A stretch of DNA of 64,000 nucleotides from Chiloscyllium plagiosum (lineage: Eukaryota). The translations under genes were made by a program, and so were the position numbers. A model generated the notes under the pieces. That model ran no database searches and was not told where the DNA came from. It was given only the letters and a program-made list of their open reading frames with translations. The DNA is taken from contig NC_057720.1 of assembly GCF_004010195.1 (NCBI RefSeq), forward strand, positions 17,517,558 through 17,581,557. The letters run 5' to 3'. Positions within the stretch are counted from its first letter, which is position 1, and each line of letters begins with the position of its first letter. Shown here piece by piece: positions 23,790 through 37,935 of the stretch.

Positions 23790-24892
23790 GGAGATTTTTT
23801 TTTTAAATTAACCCAAACACTAGTTAAACAAGTCACAAATTAATGAGAACCAAACAAAAAGGGCACTTGTGATGCAGTGGTACATCTACTTTTGGGCCAG
23901 ATTACCTGGCTTTAGGTCCCATCATCTCCAGAGACGTGTCATAACACATCTGAACAGATTGAATGAAAATATAACAACAGCTACAATCAACAGTGGAGGG
24001 ACATAAACAAAAAAGGAACTCAGCTTTCTATTTTATTTTAGGAACCTACCACCAAATAAACCAATCACCCAAGAATAAATTTACAAACACTGCCCACCAG
24101 GGCCAGTATTACAAGAACAAAAATCAAAAAGATGGGGAAACAAAGGAGGGAACTAAGTCAAAATAGTGCTGAAGACGGAGATCATCCTGTGCAGCCTCCA
24201 GTGCCTGCTTCCCTCTGAAAACTTCAAGGGTGTTGGTGAACACCACATGCTCCCTCACCAAGGATATATGAGCATAAATGTAGCCACAAAGAGAGGCAGG
24301 CAACTGAGAAACATGAGCCCCTCCTCGGCCCATTGCCTGGAACTATTGATGGTCACTTTATCCAGGTCCACGGGGAGGTTGTCTGGCCTGTCCACCCCCT
24401 AGAATCCAGCATTTCCTTTTATTTTGAAACACCACCACCAAATCACCTGAATTAACAAATAACAACCACTGGTCACCAGGGGAGTGCCATCATAACAAAA
24501 GTCAAGGAAGGGTGAGGAAAGAGGGAGGGACTAAATTAAAATGGAGTTGGAAAGGGAAATAATGTCCCCAGCACCCATGCTGCTCACCCCCTCTGAAAGT
24601 TTCAGGAGTGTTGGTGGATACCATGTCCTCCTTCTCCAAGGACACCTGGGTGTGAACATAGCCACGGAAGAAGGGTGAACAGTCAGGAACTGTGACTGAG
24701 CAATTTTTTTTACTATTACCAAATCCCCTGTGTCTATAATAAAATGACCAATGTAGAAGGACAGCCCATCAAGGCAGTCAACGATAAAAGGAAAGAAAGG
24801 TAGGGAGAGAGAGGGAAGCCTAGGTCTTAAATAAAATTTTCAATAAGCATTATCTACTCTCAATCAATTCTGGAGATGCTCTGTTTAACCCT
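23790..24892 (-). mobile_element. Tandem stack of Tx1-like LINE 3' ends
   Basis: Decayed C-termini at 24154-24400 (GYIYAHISLVREHVVFTNTLEVFR), 24531-24700 (…IISLSNSILI*) and ~24826-24890, each followed by an A-rich tail on the minus strand. Confidence 0.6.
23861..23975 (+). mobile_element. Short (~110 bp) tRNA-derived SINE-like repeat; relatives at ~24895-24998, 33397-33480, 55050-55145 (-) and 58490-58590 (-)
   Basis: Shared gtg.tgcagtggta…cct.c.tctga…ggtt.aagtccc…gtgtcataaca..tctgaacagg.tga layout. Confidence 0.5.
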
Positions 24893-27800
24893 TAGAGGAT
24901 CTTATGGTGCAGTGGTAATTTTCCTACATCTAATCCAGGTTTAGTACAAGTTCCATCTCCCGTGCAGTTGTATCACAATATATCTGCACAGGTTAAGGGA
25001 CATGCATTTCTAACAGTGACAGTAATGCATTTCTAACAGTAATGGGCGTGGGACCAAAGATTACAATAAACCGCTCTCTGCTTCCACTCTTGTAAGAACA
25101 TCCTGAGACCGCAGAATCAGAACATTCTGTCTGATAATTGCCTAAATGGCCTCCTCCTCATCAAGTGCTTATATTTCTATGATGTGGTGAGCTTCAGTAA
25201 CGATCCTGTAAAAGGATTAGAATCTTTGGCTGCATTTCCATTCCTGTTTCCATAGGCACTTCTGCAGGACAATGATAAATTTAAATCTCCATAATCTGAC
25301 AGCTGTGCAATACTTCTGTGCATTATGGAAATTTATGTTAATTATTAGAGAAGTTAACAATGAGGTACAATTTCTTTCAAGCATTATTTTTTAAAAGTTG
25401 TCACTTTGCAACAAAAAGCCCACAAATTTACAAAAGATCTTGCAAGTACCAGTATCTGGTAAACACAGTCTACATCATTTTCTGTACAGTTCTAAGGAAA
25501 CACATACAGCGACTGTTCACATTCCCAGTTTTCAGAGCAGAACATTCTCATCAATTTTTTACACCATTTTATGTGGCATCTCTAAAGTGTACAGTCTATT
25601 TAATGCAAATCAAGCTCCTCTGGTATCAAAAGGATCATACCTTTGCAATTGGCATTCAGCAGACAAAGTGCCATGAATGGGAGCACCGTAGACTATTGCC
25701 AAAATGCCATGTAATAATTTCATGAGGCTAAAAGGAGCATGTCGCCCCATTTTTCCACTTAATTCAGTCAGCTCTGCCTTGCAGAGGAGCAATACCCTTC
25801 CCAATTGATGAATTTCCTTTCAACCCTGATAGCTGAATGCTTTTATTTTAATGACCAATAAAAATAATTTGGCCTCCCACTTGGGAAATTCAGCATACCA
25901 TGTAATCTCCCATCCAGCATCTTCTAGAATCAAACCTCTTCCCCATTGTGCCTTCTCAAGAGGCATGAATTATCAGTTGTGTACTAGCATCAGGGCCAGG
26001 GCAGTCAGGGCATGGTATATTAGGGCCCAATTACCAAGGTCCAGGCATTAGAAGTCTCACTGTGCTCAGGTCAGGGACTGGGGTCTTGATCTAGGAGCAG
26101 CATGGAGCCCAATGTTTTCTGTCCCTGTCCCTGACTAACTATGACCACTTGGTTAAATGGGAAGCAAAACAGTAGAGAATTAAGACAAAATAAAATGGTA
26201 AATATCAAAGTTTTATCATTCTTGCAGGAAACATCTCCAAAACTGCGGAAGTAAACTATTTAACTGATGAAAATAGAACTTTCAAAAGAACAATCAGTGC
26301 CACTGGCTACAAATCAGCAAAACATTTTTCCATTTGTCTAATCACATCTAACGACAACTTAACTACCAAATCTGTCAGCAAGATGGGAATGGCGTGAGTT
26401 TGTATACATTTTCCAACAGGTCTTTGAGCTGTGTGTCTGTTCAATCTCCAGTGACATTCCAGCCTTCCAAGCAAATTAGCAAAATTTACTCATTGAGAAT
26501 TGTTGTAAGCTTACAACAGTCAAGATATTGGAATGCATGATTCCAGGCCAATTAAATTATTACATCATTACTGAGTCTACCTAGATGTTTAGATGTTTGG
26601 GTTTTCCTGCAGGGATCATGATGAAATGATTGCCAGTTTATGAAGTCTACTCTCTGGACTTGGTTTAGGTTTGATGTTTAGTAGTTGTCATGAAGAAAGC
26701 ACTGATTTTTGCATTGGAAAGCGCAAAAAACAAGTTTTATTTGCATAAATCAAGAATACTGGAAGAAATTACTGCACACAGTCCAATGGCATAAATATAT
26801 TTTTGTACCAATGTTATTGTTCAGTGAAGATGCACTGTGTTGGTATTCTCGTCTCACCCTGAATTAGTTGAATGTGTAATATATTTCAAAATAATATAAA
26901 TTTCCATTTAGCTTATATTTTGTGGAACATATTCAAGTAGCTTACAATTATTACCAAAGAAGCTAAATCATTTTCAAAAAAGGCAATAATTGCCCTTTAT
27001 TGATGTGTTAAATTTACACAAACAATTCCTTTATGAGATTAGAACGTACCTCTGGTATATTTCTTCAAATACATATTAGCTCATATTTTGTAGGTATAGT
27101 AAATGAGGCCTTCTAAGAAAATACAATTAAATTTGTTCTATTTATCAAGGCAACATAATTTAACCACAAAAAAATTCAAAGTAATTTGTATTTGTTTCCA
27201 TTGTAATGTAACAAATTGTGTCAATTTAATAAAGTTATGAATGCTATGGAGTCTGATGGCTTGTTGTAATTTATTTTATTGTTATTGCTGCAAACTGTTC
27301 GAATGATTTTCCTCCAAAGCTCTCGGGTCTTTGTGAGATCCTGATTCTGACACGTAACGTAAGTGAGGCCCAGCTGTTTCTCACAGCATCTGCCTGAGCA
27401 TATACACCGTGTTCACATTTCCTGTCAGCCCCTATTTACCACCTTTTAGAACACAGTCCTTTTGAATGGGTTGTTTTTCACAAGTTTGTTCTATTTGTTT
27501 TGAGACTAATACTGAAGGTTTGGAAATACAGTTCCCTCTTTGGTTCCCTTTACCAATAAAGTTCAGTAATTACTGAATCTCATTCTTGAATGTTTATCCA
27601 GCTGATAGTCAGTATTGCTTCTGCAAAGCTGCTATTCTATAGATATATAGTACTCTATAGGTGCTATTTCTTCTGATTTCACTTGAGTGGTAATTTTATT
27701 TCCATGTTATATGCCTTTATGATCACGAAGGTAAGTAACATAAATTCATGTATATTATCAGTGTGTTAAAGACATAATTCTGACTCATCACATTTTGTTT

Positions 27801-29002
27801 TCACTGTACTTCCTGCGACTAACAACAGGGAAAAGAACACAGGAAGTCATTTCCTACTCCATCCATCAATGCATGCACGATTCCAAATCACTATCGTGTT
27901 CATCGCCTGACATCTGCTTCCCAAAATCTGTTGTCATCCAGAGAAAGATTGAAGTGCAAGCAGAGGTTGGAGCTTGAATGAAATATTCAATAAAACAAGG
28001 GCGAGATAATCTAGAAACATTACAAAGTAGTCCTTAGGACCAGGAGGTTTTTGCTGGCTGCTAACAAATTAGATGATAAAGTAATGAGAGAGAGAGAAAG
28101 TGGGCAGACAGTTGAAAAGAATTTGCTGTCTGAAGTGAGAGATGGGGGTAACCAACCTCACGGATGAATATGTATTGATAAACATTATCCCAGATGGGAC
28201 GTATCAACCTAAAATGAGACAAGTGGCTTAGCATTTTGAAGATCAAGATCGAGATGTTAGAGTGGTCTCTTCCACGACAAGAGAAGTAATCCTGAAACAT
28301 GCCAGCTCCGTTCGCCTCAACTATCACTACTTGCTCTTGAGAAACTGATGGCAAATCACCATCTTGAGCAATTTTCACCTGCACTTACTAATGGAAAGAA
28401 GACAGGTGTTGGAGGTGGTTAAGGAATGAGACCAGGATGTTACAGAGGGAGTGATCCCTTTAGAAACTGCCAACAATGGTGTGTTTCTTGGTGGCATTGT
28501 ATTGGAGGTGGAAGGAATGGAAAAGGATGAACTGGTGAGTCGGAAAGCCAAAGTGGGGGGAACAGAGGCCAATTGATATAAAAGCCACAGAGTAGATATT
28601 TTTATTCATTCACAGAAATTGGGATTTGCTGGCTGGGCCAGCATTTAGCATCCACTACCAATTGCCCTTGAGAAGGAGATGGTGAAGCACCATCTGGAAC
28701 AACTGCAGTATTTTATCTCTTATCACTTTTATCACTTGCATGTTGGAGACATGTTGGTGTAAGGAGGAATGCAACAGGACATTGCAGAGAGAGTGGCCAC
28801 TTTAGAAAGCAACAGGGAAGGTGGGTTTGTGGGTAATACCATGTTGGAGGTAGCAGAAATAGGAAAAGATTAACTGTTGTATATGAAGCCAAGGAGATAG
28901 AAGATGAGAAGAACAATAACCCTATTAAGGGTCTGGTATAGTGGGGAATGACAGCAGAGCGATAGGAGATGGAATAAACATGCATGGAGGCCCATCAGCC
29001 AT

Positions 29003-31243
29003 AGCATAGAGTCATAGACACGTACAGCACAGAAACAGACCCCTCGGTCCAACTCGTCCATGCCAACCTGATATCCTAACCTAATCTAGTCCCATTTGCC
29101 AACACTTGGCCTATATCCATCTAATTCTTAATGAAGGGCATTTGCCCGAAATGTCGATTTTCCTGCTTCTCTGATGCTGCCTGACCTGCTGTGCTTTCCA
29201 GCACCACACTCTTGACTCTGATAACTCCAGCATCTGCAGTACTCACTTTCGCCATATCCCGCTAAACTCTTTCCATTCATATACTCATTCAGATGTCCTT
29301 TATGTGCTGCCGTTATATCAGCCTCCACCACTTCCTCTGGCAGCTCATTCCATACACGCACCACGCTCTGTGTGAAAAAGTTGCTCCTAAGGTCCTTTAA
29401 TATCTTTCCCCTCTCACCCTAAACATAAGCCTTCTAGTTCTGGACTCCCCCACCCAGGGAAAAGACTTTGTCTATTTATCCTATCCATGCCTCTCATGAT
29501 TTTATAAACCTCTATAAGGTCGCCCCTCAGCCTCCGACGCTCCAGGGAAAACAGCCTCAGCCTTTTCAGCCTCTCCCTTTGGCTCAAATCCTCAAACCCT
29601 GGCAACATTTGTGTAAACCTTTTCTGAACCCTTTCAAGTTTTACAACATCCTTCCGATAGGAAGGAGACCAGAATTGCAAGCAGTATTCCAAAGGTGACC
29701 TAATCAATGTCCTGTATAGCCACAATATGACCTCCCAATTCCTGTACTGAATACTTTGACCAATAAAGGAAAGCATTCCAAACACCTTCTTCACTATCCT
29801 ATCTACCTGCAACTCTACTTTCAAGGAGCTATGAACCTGTACTCCAATGTCTCTTTGTTTAGCAAAACTCCCCAGGATGTTGCTATTACGTGTGTAAGTT
29901 CTGCTAATTTTTGTTTTCCCAAAATGCAGCACCTTGCATTTATCTGAATTAAACTCCATCTGCCACTCCTCAGTCCATTGGCCCATCTGATCAAGATCCT
30001 ATTGTACTCTGAGGTAACCTCCTTCACTGTCCACGGCACATCCAATTTTGCAGTCATCTGTAAACTTACTAACTATGCGTCCAACGCTCACATCCAAATC
30101 ATTTATATAAATGGCGAAAAGTAGAGGACCAAGCACCAATCCTTGTAGCACTCCACTGGTCACAGGCCTCCAATCTGAGAAACAACCCTCCACCACCACC
30201 CTCCGTCTTCTACCTTCGAACCAGTTCTGTATCTAAATTCTCCCTGTATTCCATAAGATGTGACCTTGCTAACCAGTGTCCCATGGGGAAACTTGTCGAA
30301 TGCCTTACTCAAGTCCATATAGATCACATCCATCACTCTGCCTTCATCAATCCTCTTTGTTACTTCTTCAGAAAACTCAAATCGAGTTCATGACACATGA
30401 TTTCCCATGCACAAAGCCATGCTGACTATCCGTAATCAGTTCTTGCCTTTCCAAATACATGTAAATCCTGTCCCTCAGGATTCCCTCCAACAAGTTGCCC
30501 ACCACCGATGTCAGGCTCATTGGTCTATAGTTCCCTGGCTTGTCCTTACCACCTTTCTTAAAAAGTAGCACCACATTAGACAACTTTCAGTCTTCTGGCA
30601 CCTCACCTGTGACTATCAATGATACAAATATCTCAGAAAGGGGCCCAGCAATCACTTCCATAGTTTCCCAGAGTTCTAGGGTATACCTGATCAGGTCCTG
30701 GGGATTTATCCACCTTTATGCATTTCAAGACATCCAGCACTTCCTCCTCTGTAATACGGACCTTTTTCAAGATGTCACCATCTATTTCCTCACATTCTAT
30801 ATCTTCCATACCCTTCTCCACAGAAAACACTTATGCAAAATACTCATTTAGTATCTCCCCCATCTCCTGTGGCTAAACACATAGGCTGCCGTGCTGATCT
30901 TTGAGGGACCCTATTCTCTCCCTAGTTACCCTTTTGTCCTTCATGTATTTATAAAAACCCTTTGGATTATCCTTAACCCTAATTGCCAAAGCTATCTCAT
31001 GTCCTCTTTTTGCCCTCCCAATTTCCCTCTTAAGTATACTCCTCCTGCCTTTATACTCTTCTAAGGATTCACTTGATCTCTCCTGTCTATATCTGACATA
31101 TACTTCCTTCATTTTTGTAACCAAATCCTCAATTTCTCTAGTCATCCAGCATTCCCTACACTTACCAGCCTTTCCTTTCACCCTAACAGGAATATACCGT
31201 CTCTGAACTCTCGTTATCTAATTTCTGAAGGCTTCCCATTTTC
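29003..31243 (-). mobile_element. CR1/HER1-like LINE, ~2.2 kb 5'-truncated copy with frameshifts
   Basis: Consecutive ORF2 fragments KSPGPDQVYPR, NYRPMSLTS, GVLQGLVLGPLLFAIYINDLD…SKFTDD, WQMEFNSDKC and LERRRLRGDLIEVYK. A Penelope tip is inserted at ~29128-29252. Confidence 0.92.
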
Positions 31244-31599
31244 CTGAAGAACATGAGCAATAAGCATGTGATACGCCTAAAGATAATGAAGCAGGGATTA
31301 TTTATTCCACTGACAAAATGAAGGAAAATTGAGATTAAACTAGGAAACACAGTATTTTTGGAATTAAAACTGTAGTTCACATTTGGTTGAAGAAATCCTT
31401 TATCTGTCTCTCCCTCTCTCTCCATGAGGCTTCTTTCTGCTAAAGACACCCTTTCTTCTCAAGAGAGTCCACTTGACTGCCCAAGCTCCCCTCTTCAATG
31501 TCTTCTCTCACCATCACCTCGCATTCTGATATGTTCTTGATATACAGTAGAGTGATCAATGAATCAGGGCATACAATGTCTTGTTGACATTGTCTGTAT

Positions 31600-32368
31600 G
31601 GTAGACATCGGCATACGAAGATGTTGGGGTATCTGTTCCACCCTACCCTATATCAAGAACATATCAGAAATGACAACCAGACTCCTCAGACCACTGGGAA
31701 TCATGGTAGCACACCAACTCACAGCCACACTACGCTAACTACTTACAAGAACAAAAGATCCATATTCATAACATGCAGGACCAACATAATATACAAAATC
31801 CCACATAACGACTGCCACAAACACTACATCAGACAGACTGGATATGTGACCATGAAGTAATAACAAAACTGCACGACCAATTCTCACTTATCTCAATATA
31901 CACAAGGAGGGTCAATGTACCCATCCTAGGACAAGCTAAGCAGAGATATGCATGGGAACTCCTTGAGAGCTGGTTGTCAACCTGGAATGTAGAAGTAGAC
32001 CCCCATATACAAGCCACTGCAGAGAAAATCCCAAAATGACAACAGACCAGATCATATAGATATCAAGATTAGATATCAGGAATGATTCCTGATGAAGGGC
32101 TTTTGCCCAAAATGTCGATTTTCCTGCTCCTCGGATGCTGTCTGATCTGCTGTGCTTTTCCAGCACCGGTCTAATCTAGACTCTGATTTCAAGTTCTCAC
32201 TTTTGCCATTTAGATATCAAGTGGAGTAGGCCAACAACGCTTCACGGAAGTCACACTGATGATGTTTCCTGGCATGGTGACGGAATGTCTATAGGACAAC
32301 TCATCAGCTCAGCGAGCAAACCAACAACCACATCCACAACCTGACTACAAATCTTTGCAAAAACCTTA
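31600..32368 (+). mobile_element. Penelope-like element 3' region (GIY-YIG endonuclease remnant, hammerhead-like motif)
   Basis: TNIIYKIPHNDCHKHYIRQTG is a decayed GIY-YIG motif; ctgatga…g(g)aa at ~32256-32285. A fragment of another family is inserted at ~32080-32210 between ttagatatca repeats. Confidence 0.7.
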
Positions 32369-34951
32369 AAAGGTGAGTTTATTAGTTATTCAATGTGTGG
32401 AGAAATAATAATGCAACAGTTATAAACACAGATTAGCAATGAGAAGTGAGTCCAAAAAAAAGGTCAAAAGGTTCAGTCTGTGGGTTGCTCATGAAGAGTA
32501 GATGATGGAATGTTGATCATCAAACAGTTGATTTTGAGGCTCGTGGTTTTGTCGTTTGATTGAAATTCTTTTGGCCTGTTTCCTTTGGCCTGGCTTGCTG
32601 GCTAACAGGCTTCAATTTCTCAAAGTTAGAGAGAGTTTACCTGCAATGCAAGGGTGAATAATTGGTGGTTCTTTGACTGCAATCTTCATAGTACACTAGA
32701 GTTGTACCCAGACTAGTACATGAGAACCTCAACCCACTGGCATACACAAGCCCCTCAGCTCACTAGCACACCTTTTCCCACTAGCAGTCACAGAACTGAC
32801 AGAAACATCTGTTTGTGTGTTTTCTTGAAAGGGGAAGACTCAAAACATGTCTCTCACTCAGACTGCTTTCTTGTCTGTCATCATGTTCACAGTCTGAGAT
32901 AACACTCAGTAGATTATAATTCAGTGTGTACCATATTATCACTCTTTCAAGTCTATCCCTTTAAAGCTTGACAATTAGTGACACACTACAGGGTCTCTCC
33001 AGCCAGCCACTGAACTCACATTTTCAGTCATCTTTTGGCTTTATGCCTTTTTCTTTAAAGAGCATTTCATAATTAAAAGTTCAATACATCTATAAGTGAT
33101 TCAGGATGGTGATCTATCATCATGTCAGCATGCATTTCAAAATCAATTCAGCACATTCTGAGGTCATGAAAGGCATTATACAAATGCAGATCTTTTTTCC
33201 ATACTAGGAAAGACATTGTTATTGAGTGTTATGATAAGTTAAGCAATTTCTGTCCTGTTTGTTTTGATAACCCTCAGTATAAACAAGCCAAAAATTGTTT
33301 AAATTTACTAAAAATTATCAAGCAAGGTACCAGATTGATATTGCCTCATGATACCACACACTAAAGATGATATCAATTAACAAGAGGCTAAATTAGGTTC
33401 TTGGGGGCACTGGTATTGTCATGATCTCTGATCCAGAAGTTCCATGGAAGTATGTTATCCAAGCAGGATGCTTAAAGGAAAATAATTGTGAGTATCTTCT
33501 GCGATAGGTTTTCAGATAATCAAATTTACCCAGCTGTTAAGTGATAAATGAAAGACACAATGTTCCCAAGACATTAGTAACATATACCATACACTGATGG
33601 TTCAAATATATTGTTTAGCGGTTTTGCTGTTTTTACTTCCACACCCAACCTCAAACATGGAGAGGAAACAGCTTCTCCATTCTCACAGTAACATGAAACC
33701 AATGACAGCATAACAAAATCCTGCTGTTATTGTGATAAATCATTATGGACAGTAATACAATGAAGAGACTTCAACTTTCTAAAGGGAAAGTGTTCGGGGT
33801 TGTGTGGGGTGGTGGGTGATGAATATTCTTCACTTCTGAGAGAACAGACTCGACTTGGGTGCACTTCTATAAACACAGAAATCCTGTGCTGATCTGTAGT
33901 TGCTACTTCATTATCACTCTGCAGGAGTGTATTTATAGATTCAAAATATAACCTTTGGAAACAAGAACTCAGCATCTTTTACACATAATGACAGGAGGTG
34001 CTGCTTTGCATTATAAATAGTTTTTATTTATAATTGTGGGAGGAAGCATTCATCCAATATCAGCTTTCAGTACAAACTGCAGCTCCTAATTGGCACAAAT
34101 GTGAAGCATAATAAGTTTTGTTGTTCTCCACAAACTAATGGGACCCAGCCTAATGCTGAATTAGCTGCACACATCTGCTCGCCTATGATGTCAGTTTGCC
34201 AGTGGCCTCATAGCAGCCAACTATAATAGTTTATTATTTACAGATAGGAATTTGAGCAAAGAAGGCTTGGTAAAGAGAAGTTACTGTCCTTGACAGTTAC
34301 AACCTCAGCTAACTCCAGGCGCCCTTGAACTAATCAGAACAATTGGCATTCTGCTGCATTTTTATTTTTGGTCCAGAATTTTCCCTGCAGCTCCTCAATG
34401 TGAAGTCAATCAGTTCCAGGTGATTAGATAGGATTTCAGATTTGGAGATTAATGTACCTTTGAATGGTGACTTTCCCTCAAGGGGATTCACACTGCTTGT
34501 TGCTGATTGAGTTTATTGCTATCCAGACAAACTCTCACTGATAAACAACAGTTTCAGAACAGTGACAATGTTGTCTGAAATCAAAAATTCCTCCACTTTT
34601 TTTAGAATCCTTAGCCAGAATATTCCATTATAGAGTCCAAGTCTAAGGTGGGCCTGGAAGTGAAAGTGCATCCACTTGGGGGCAAGTGGGCTTTGTTCAC
34701 ACAGATATGTGGTTTTCAGCTTATTATTTATGCATGTGAAATTTTGATGAGTACAACAATGAATCCTATAGGCAGGGGCAGACAAGGCATTCTTACCCTA
34801 CCAGGACCTTGCAGGATCAAAGGTCCTGGCTCCATTTCTAAAGACCATTTGAAGAGGCATTCACTCACTGCCAAACTAGAGGATGACTCAGTCTGTGTCA
34901 ATCATTCCTGTCCTTCCCTAGAAGTTATTTCAGAACAGATAGAAACTGACC

Positions 34952-35185
34952 CCTCATTTCAGTGACCCTGCACTGGAGGTTCTGCTCCAGATGGTCCAGG
35001 GAAGGTGGGAGGTCCCTTTCCCCTGGGATGGAAGCAGTAGGCTCTTCACCCCCCCCCCCCCCCCCCCCCCACCCAACCCATTAACCAAAGTAATCTGGAC
35101 TGAGGTTGTAGCACACAGCAGTACCAAGAAAGGTACCCAGATCCAGTACAGGAAGAGGTTGAATGATGTCCTTCATTCTGCAGAG
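34952..35185 (+). pseudogene. Myb/SANT-like DNA-binding domain remnant (PIF/Harbinger ORF1-type)
   Basis: In-frame PHFSDPALEVLLQMVQGRWEVPFP…LTKVIWTEVVAH…TQIQYRKRLNDVLHSAE. Ends at a decayed donor (ataagt) and contains a C22 run at 35049-35070. Confidence 0.6.
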
Positions 35186-35302
35186 ATAAGTGGCACCATC
35201 TACTCACTGCAAACTGACACCCACAGGCATGTCACCCAGTCTACCTGTGCCAATGTAGACAGATGTCAAACAGGACAATCAAAGTACCACAAGGATTGAT
35301 AT

Positions 35303-36372
35303 TCATTTTGGTAAGAAAAGAAGGAAGGTGGATTATTATTTGAACGGTAGGAGATTGGGAAAGCAAGAGAAGTAATGAAACCTGGGTGTCATTGTACATA
35401 AGTTGCTGAAAAGAACAGGCAGGTGCAGTGAGTGGTGAAGAAGGCAATCATAGGCCTTCATTGCAAGAGGATTTGTGTACCTGAGTAGGGATGTCTTGCT
35501 GCAGTTATACAGGGCCACACCTGGAGTATTTTGTGCAGTTTTGGTCTTCTTACCTAAGTAAGGATATTAAGAATCATAGAATCCTGATAGTGTGAAAACA
35601 TGCCATTTGGCCCAATAAGTCCACACCAGCCCTCTGATGAGTATCCCACCCTGAACCAATCCCCTACCCCTATTACTCTATATTTCCCCTGACTAATGCC
35701 CCTAACCTACACATCCCTGAACACTATGGGCAATTTAGCACGGCCAATTCACCTAACCTGCACATCTTTGGACTGCAGGAAGAAACCGGAGCACCCAGAG
35801 GAAACCCACGCAGAGACAGGGAGAACATGCAAACTCTACATAGTCACCTGAGGTTGGAATCGAACCCAGGTCCCTGATGCTGTAAGGCAGGAGTACTAAC
35901 CACAGCCACTGTGCTGCCCCTCTACAATGTTCTTGCAATGGTGGGAGTGCAGCAAAGATTTTATCAGACTGATTCCTGGGATGACAGGACTGACATATGA
36001 AGAGAGTCTGGATCGTTTAGGACTATATTCACCAGAGTTTAGAAGAATGAGTGGAAAAGCTCATATAAACATAAAATTCTAACAGGACGAGACAGGATAA
36101 GCACAGGATGACCCTGATGATTGGGGAGTCCAGAACCATGGGTCACTGTCTAAGGATACAGGATAAACCATTTAAGACTGAGATGAGAAATTTCTTCATC
36201 CAGAGAGTGGTGAGCCTATGGAATTCTCTGCCACAGAAAATGGTTGAGGCTAAACATTGAATGTTTTCAAGAAGGAGACAAGGTACTGAGTTGGATGGTC
36301 AACTTCTATTAAATGGCAGAGCAGGCCGAAAAGACCATAGCCCACTCCTGTTCCTATGCTCTACGTTTTCAT
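35303..36372 (+). mobile_element. Old CR1 LINE 3' portion interrupted by a SINE
   Basis: cacctggagtat..tgtgcagttttggtct and cagagagtggtgagcctatggaattctctgcc are CR1 ORF2 C-terminal signatures. Confidence 0.75.
35570..35920 (-). mobile_element. V-SINE/HE1-type SINE
   Basis: Reverse complement of tRNA head, V-domain and CR1 tail. Confidence 0.85.
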
Positions 36373-37209
36373 GACTCTCAATCCTTCTCCCTAGCTGTCT
36401 GCAGGACAAAAAATTGCAGGGAGTGGGATTGTCCAGTAAAGGGGTGCCAGATATTTGCACCCTCATTCCTTTTGCAAAGGAGGCTGCAGATTGACAGGGG
36501 AAAACTGTGACTGAGCCTGCATCAATGGAGAGATAGGATCCACACAGAAAGCCACTGACGGAGCCTGCAGTCTGCTATTATCAGATATGCAGGCAGAGAG
36601 TGACACTGTGTAAAGAAGGGATTGTTCATGTTCAGCAGCTAATTCTTCCTTTCCTCTGCAAGAGGAGACATCTCCTAGCTCCACCTCCACTTCCTCCTGA
36701 GTATCCAGCTCAACCACCACCACCATGTCCACCATCAGCTCTGAGGGTGGTGCCCTTGAAACTTCAGAGATGTCTGTGTGCATCTACACCCTCCACCAGC
36801 ACTGATATTCACCTCAATAAGCATTCTACGGAGTGTGATTAGGCTCAGGGTCACAAACATTTGACCACAATCTGCAGAGGTAGCAAAATATACAAGATTT
36901 CAGGCTTCACTTCTTCCGGTAAGTCTTTGACCTTCAGCGGACAGCTGGAGAACAGACCATTGCTCAGCCCCAAGCAGTTGCGGAATCTCTGTACTTGGCC
37001 ATGGTGGAGATGTAAAACAGGCAGGGCCCCTCAGGAGACTAGAGAGGGCTCCTACCAAGTTTTGTTCAGTGTCATGGTTCTGCCATGCAAGAATTTGGCT
37101 GCCTGTAGGGAAAGAGCAACAGTTGTCTTGGAGATCTGGTCCAGCAGTTCAGTTGCTGCTGGATATGTGCTCTAATCTTTATTCCATTGGTTTAGTGACA
37201 TACACAGAC

Positions 37210-37399
37210 AAAGAGTGTGGTGCTGGAAAAGCACAGCCGGTCAGGCAGCATCCAAGGAGCAGGAAAATTGACTTTTCGGGTAAAAGTCCTTCATCACCCA
37301 TTCCTTTCCTGCTCCTTGGATACTGCCTGACCTGCTGTGCTTTTCCAGCACCACACTCTCGACTCTAATCTCCAGCATCTGCAGTACTCATTTTCGCCA
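37210..37399. mobile_element. Penelope-like terminal fragment, inverted pair
   Basis: gagtgtggtgctggaaaagcacagc… versus …gctgtgcttttccagcaccacactc. Confidence 0.75.
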
Positions 37400-37935
37400 A
37401 CCTAGGCAGACATATTGGTAAGCAAGGAAAGAAGATGTTTTGAGGCTATAATCAATTCAAACGACATAATCTGCACTACTATCAACACATTTTGACTTGC
37501 ACTGCACTTAGGTTTGCTATAGTATCATTATGTTGCAAGGTGCTGATATGATTGGCTAAAATGATAAGAACAGAGCTTTGGCTCCATCAGCATGCGATGC
37601 TGATTTTCACCTTTTACTGTCTCAATCTCAGTAATACATGTGCCTAATGTTGTTCTCATTACCTAGTAAATGATAGATCTATCACTGAGGGATCATAGGC
37701 AATGCTTATGGAGCGAATTTCAGAGACAGGTGGACGAGGTTAGAGCGTGAAGAATGGACTTGATTTTGCTATAGTAGTTAAAAAAAAGTGACAATCAATG
37801 TGTGTCATGAAGAAATGTGCAGCATGAGGAATTAATGACTTTTCCCCTGGTTGGGGTCTATCTCTGGGGAAAACACCCTCAGAATAAGAGGTGGACAGCA
37901 CACTATTGAAATGTAAAGGTCATCACTCTCTCCGT

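Noticed and set aside
32370..33130. Possible additional solo LTR
   Set aside because: Could not identify both termini or a TSD.
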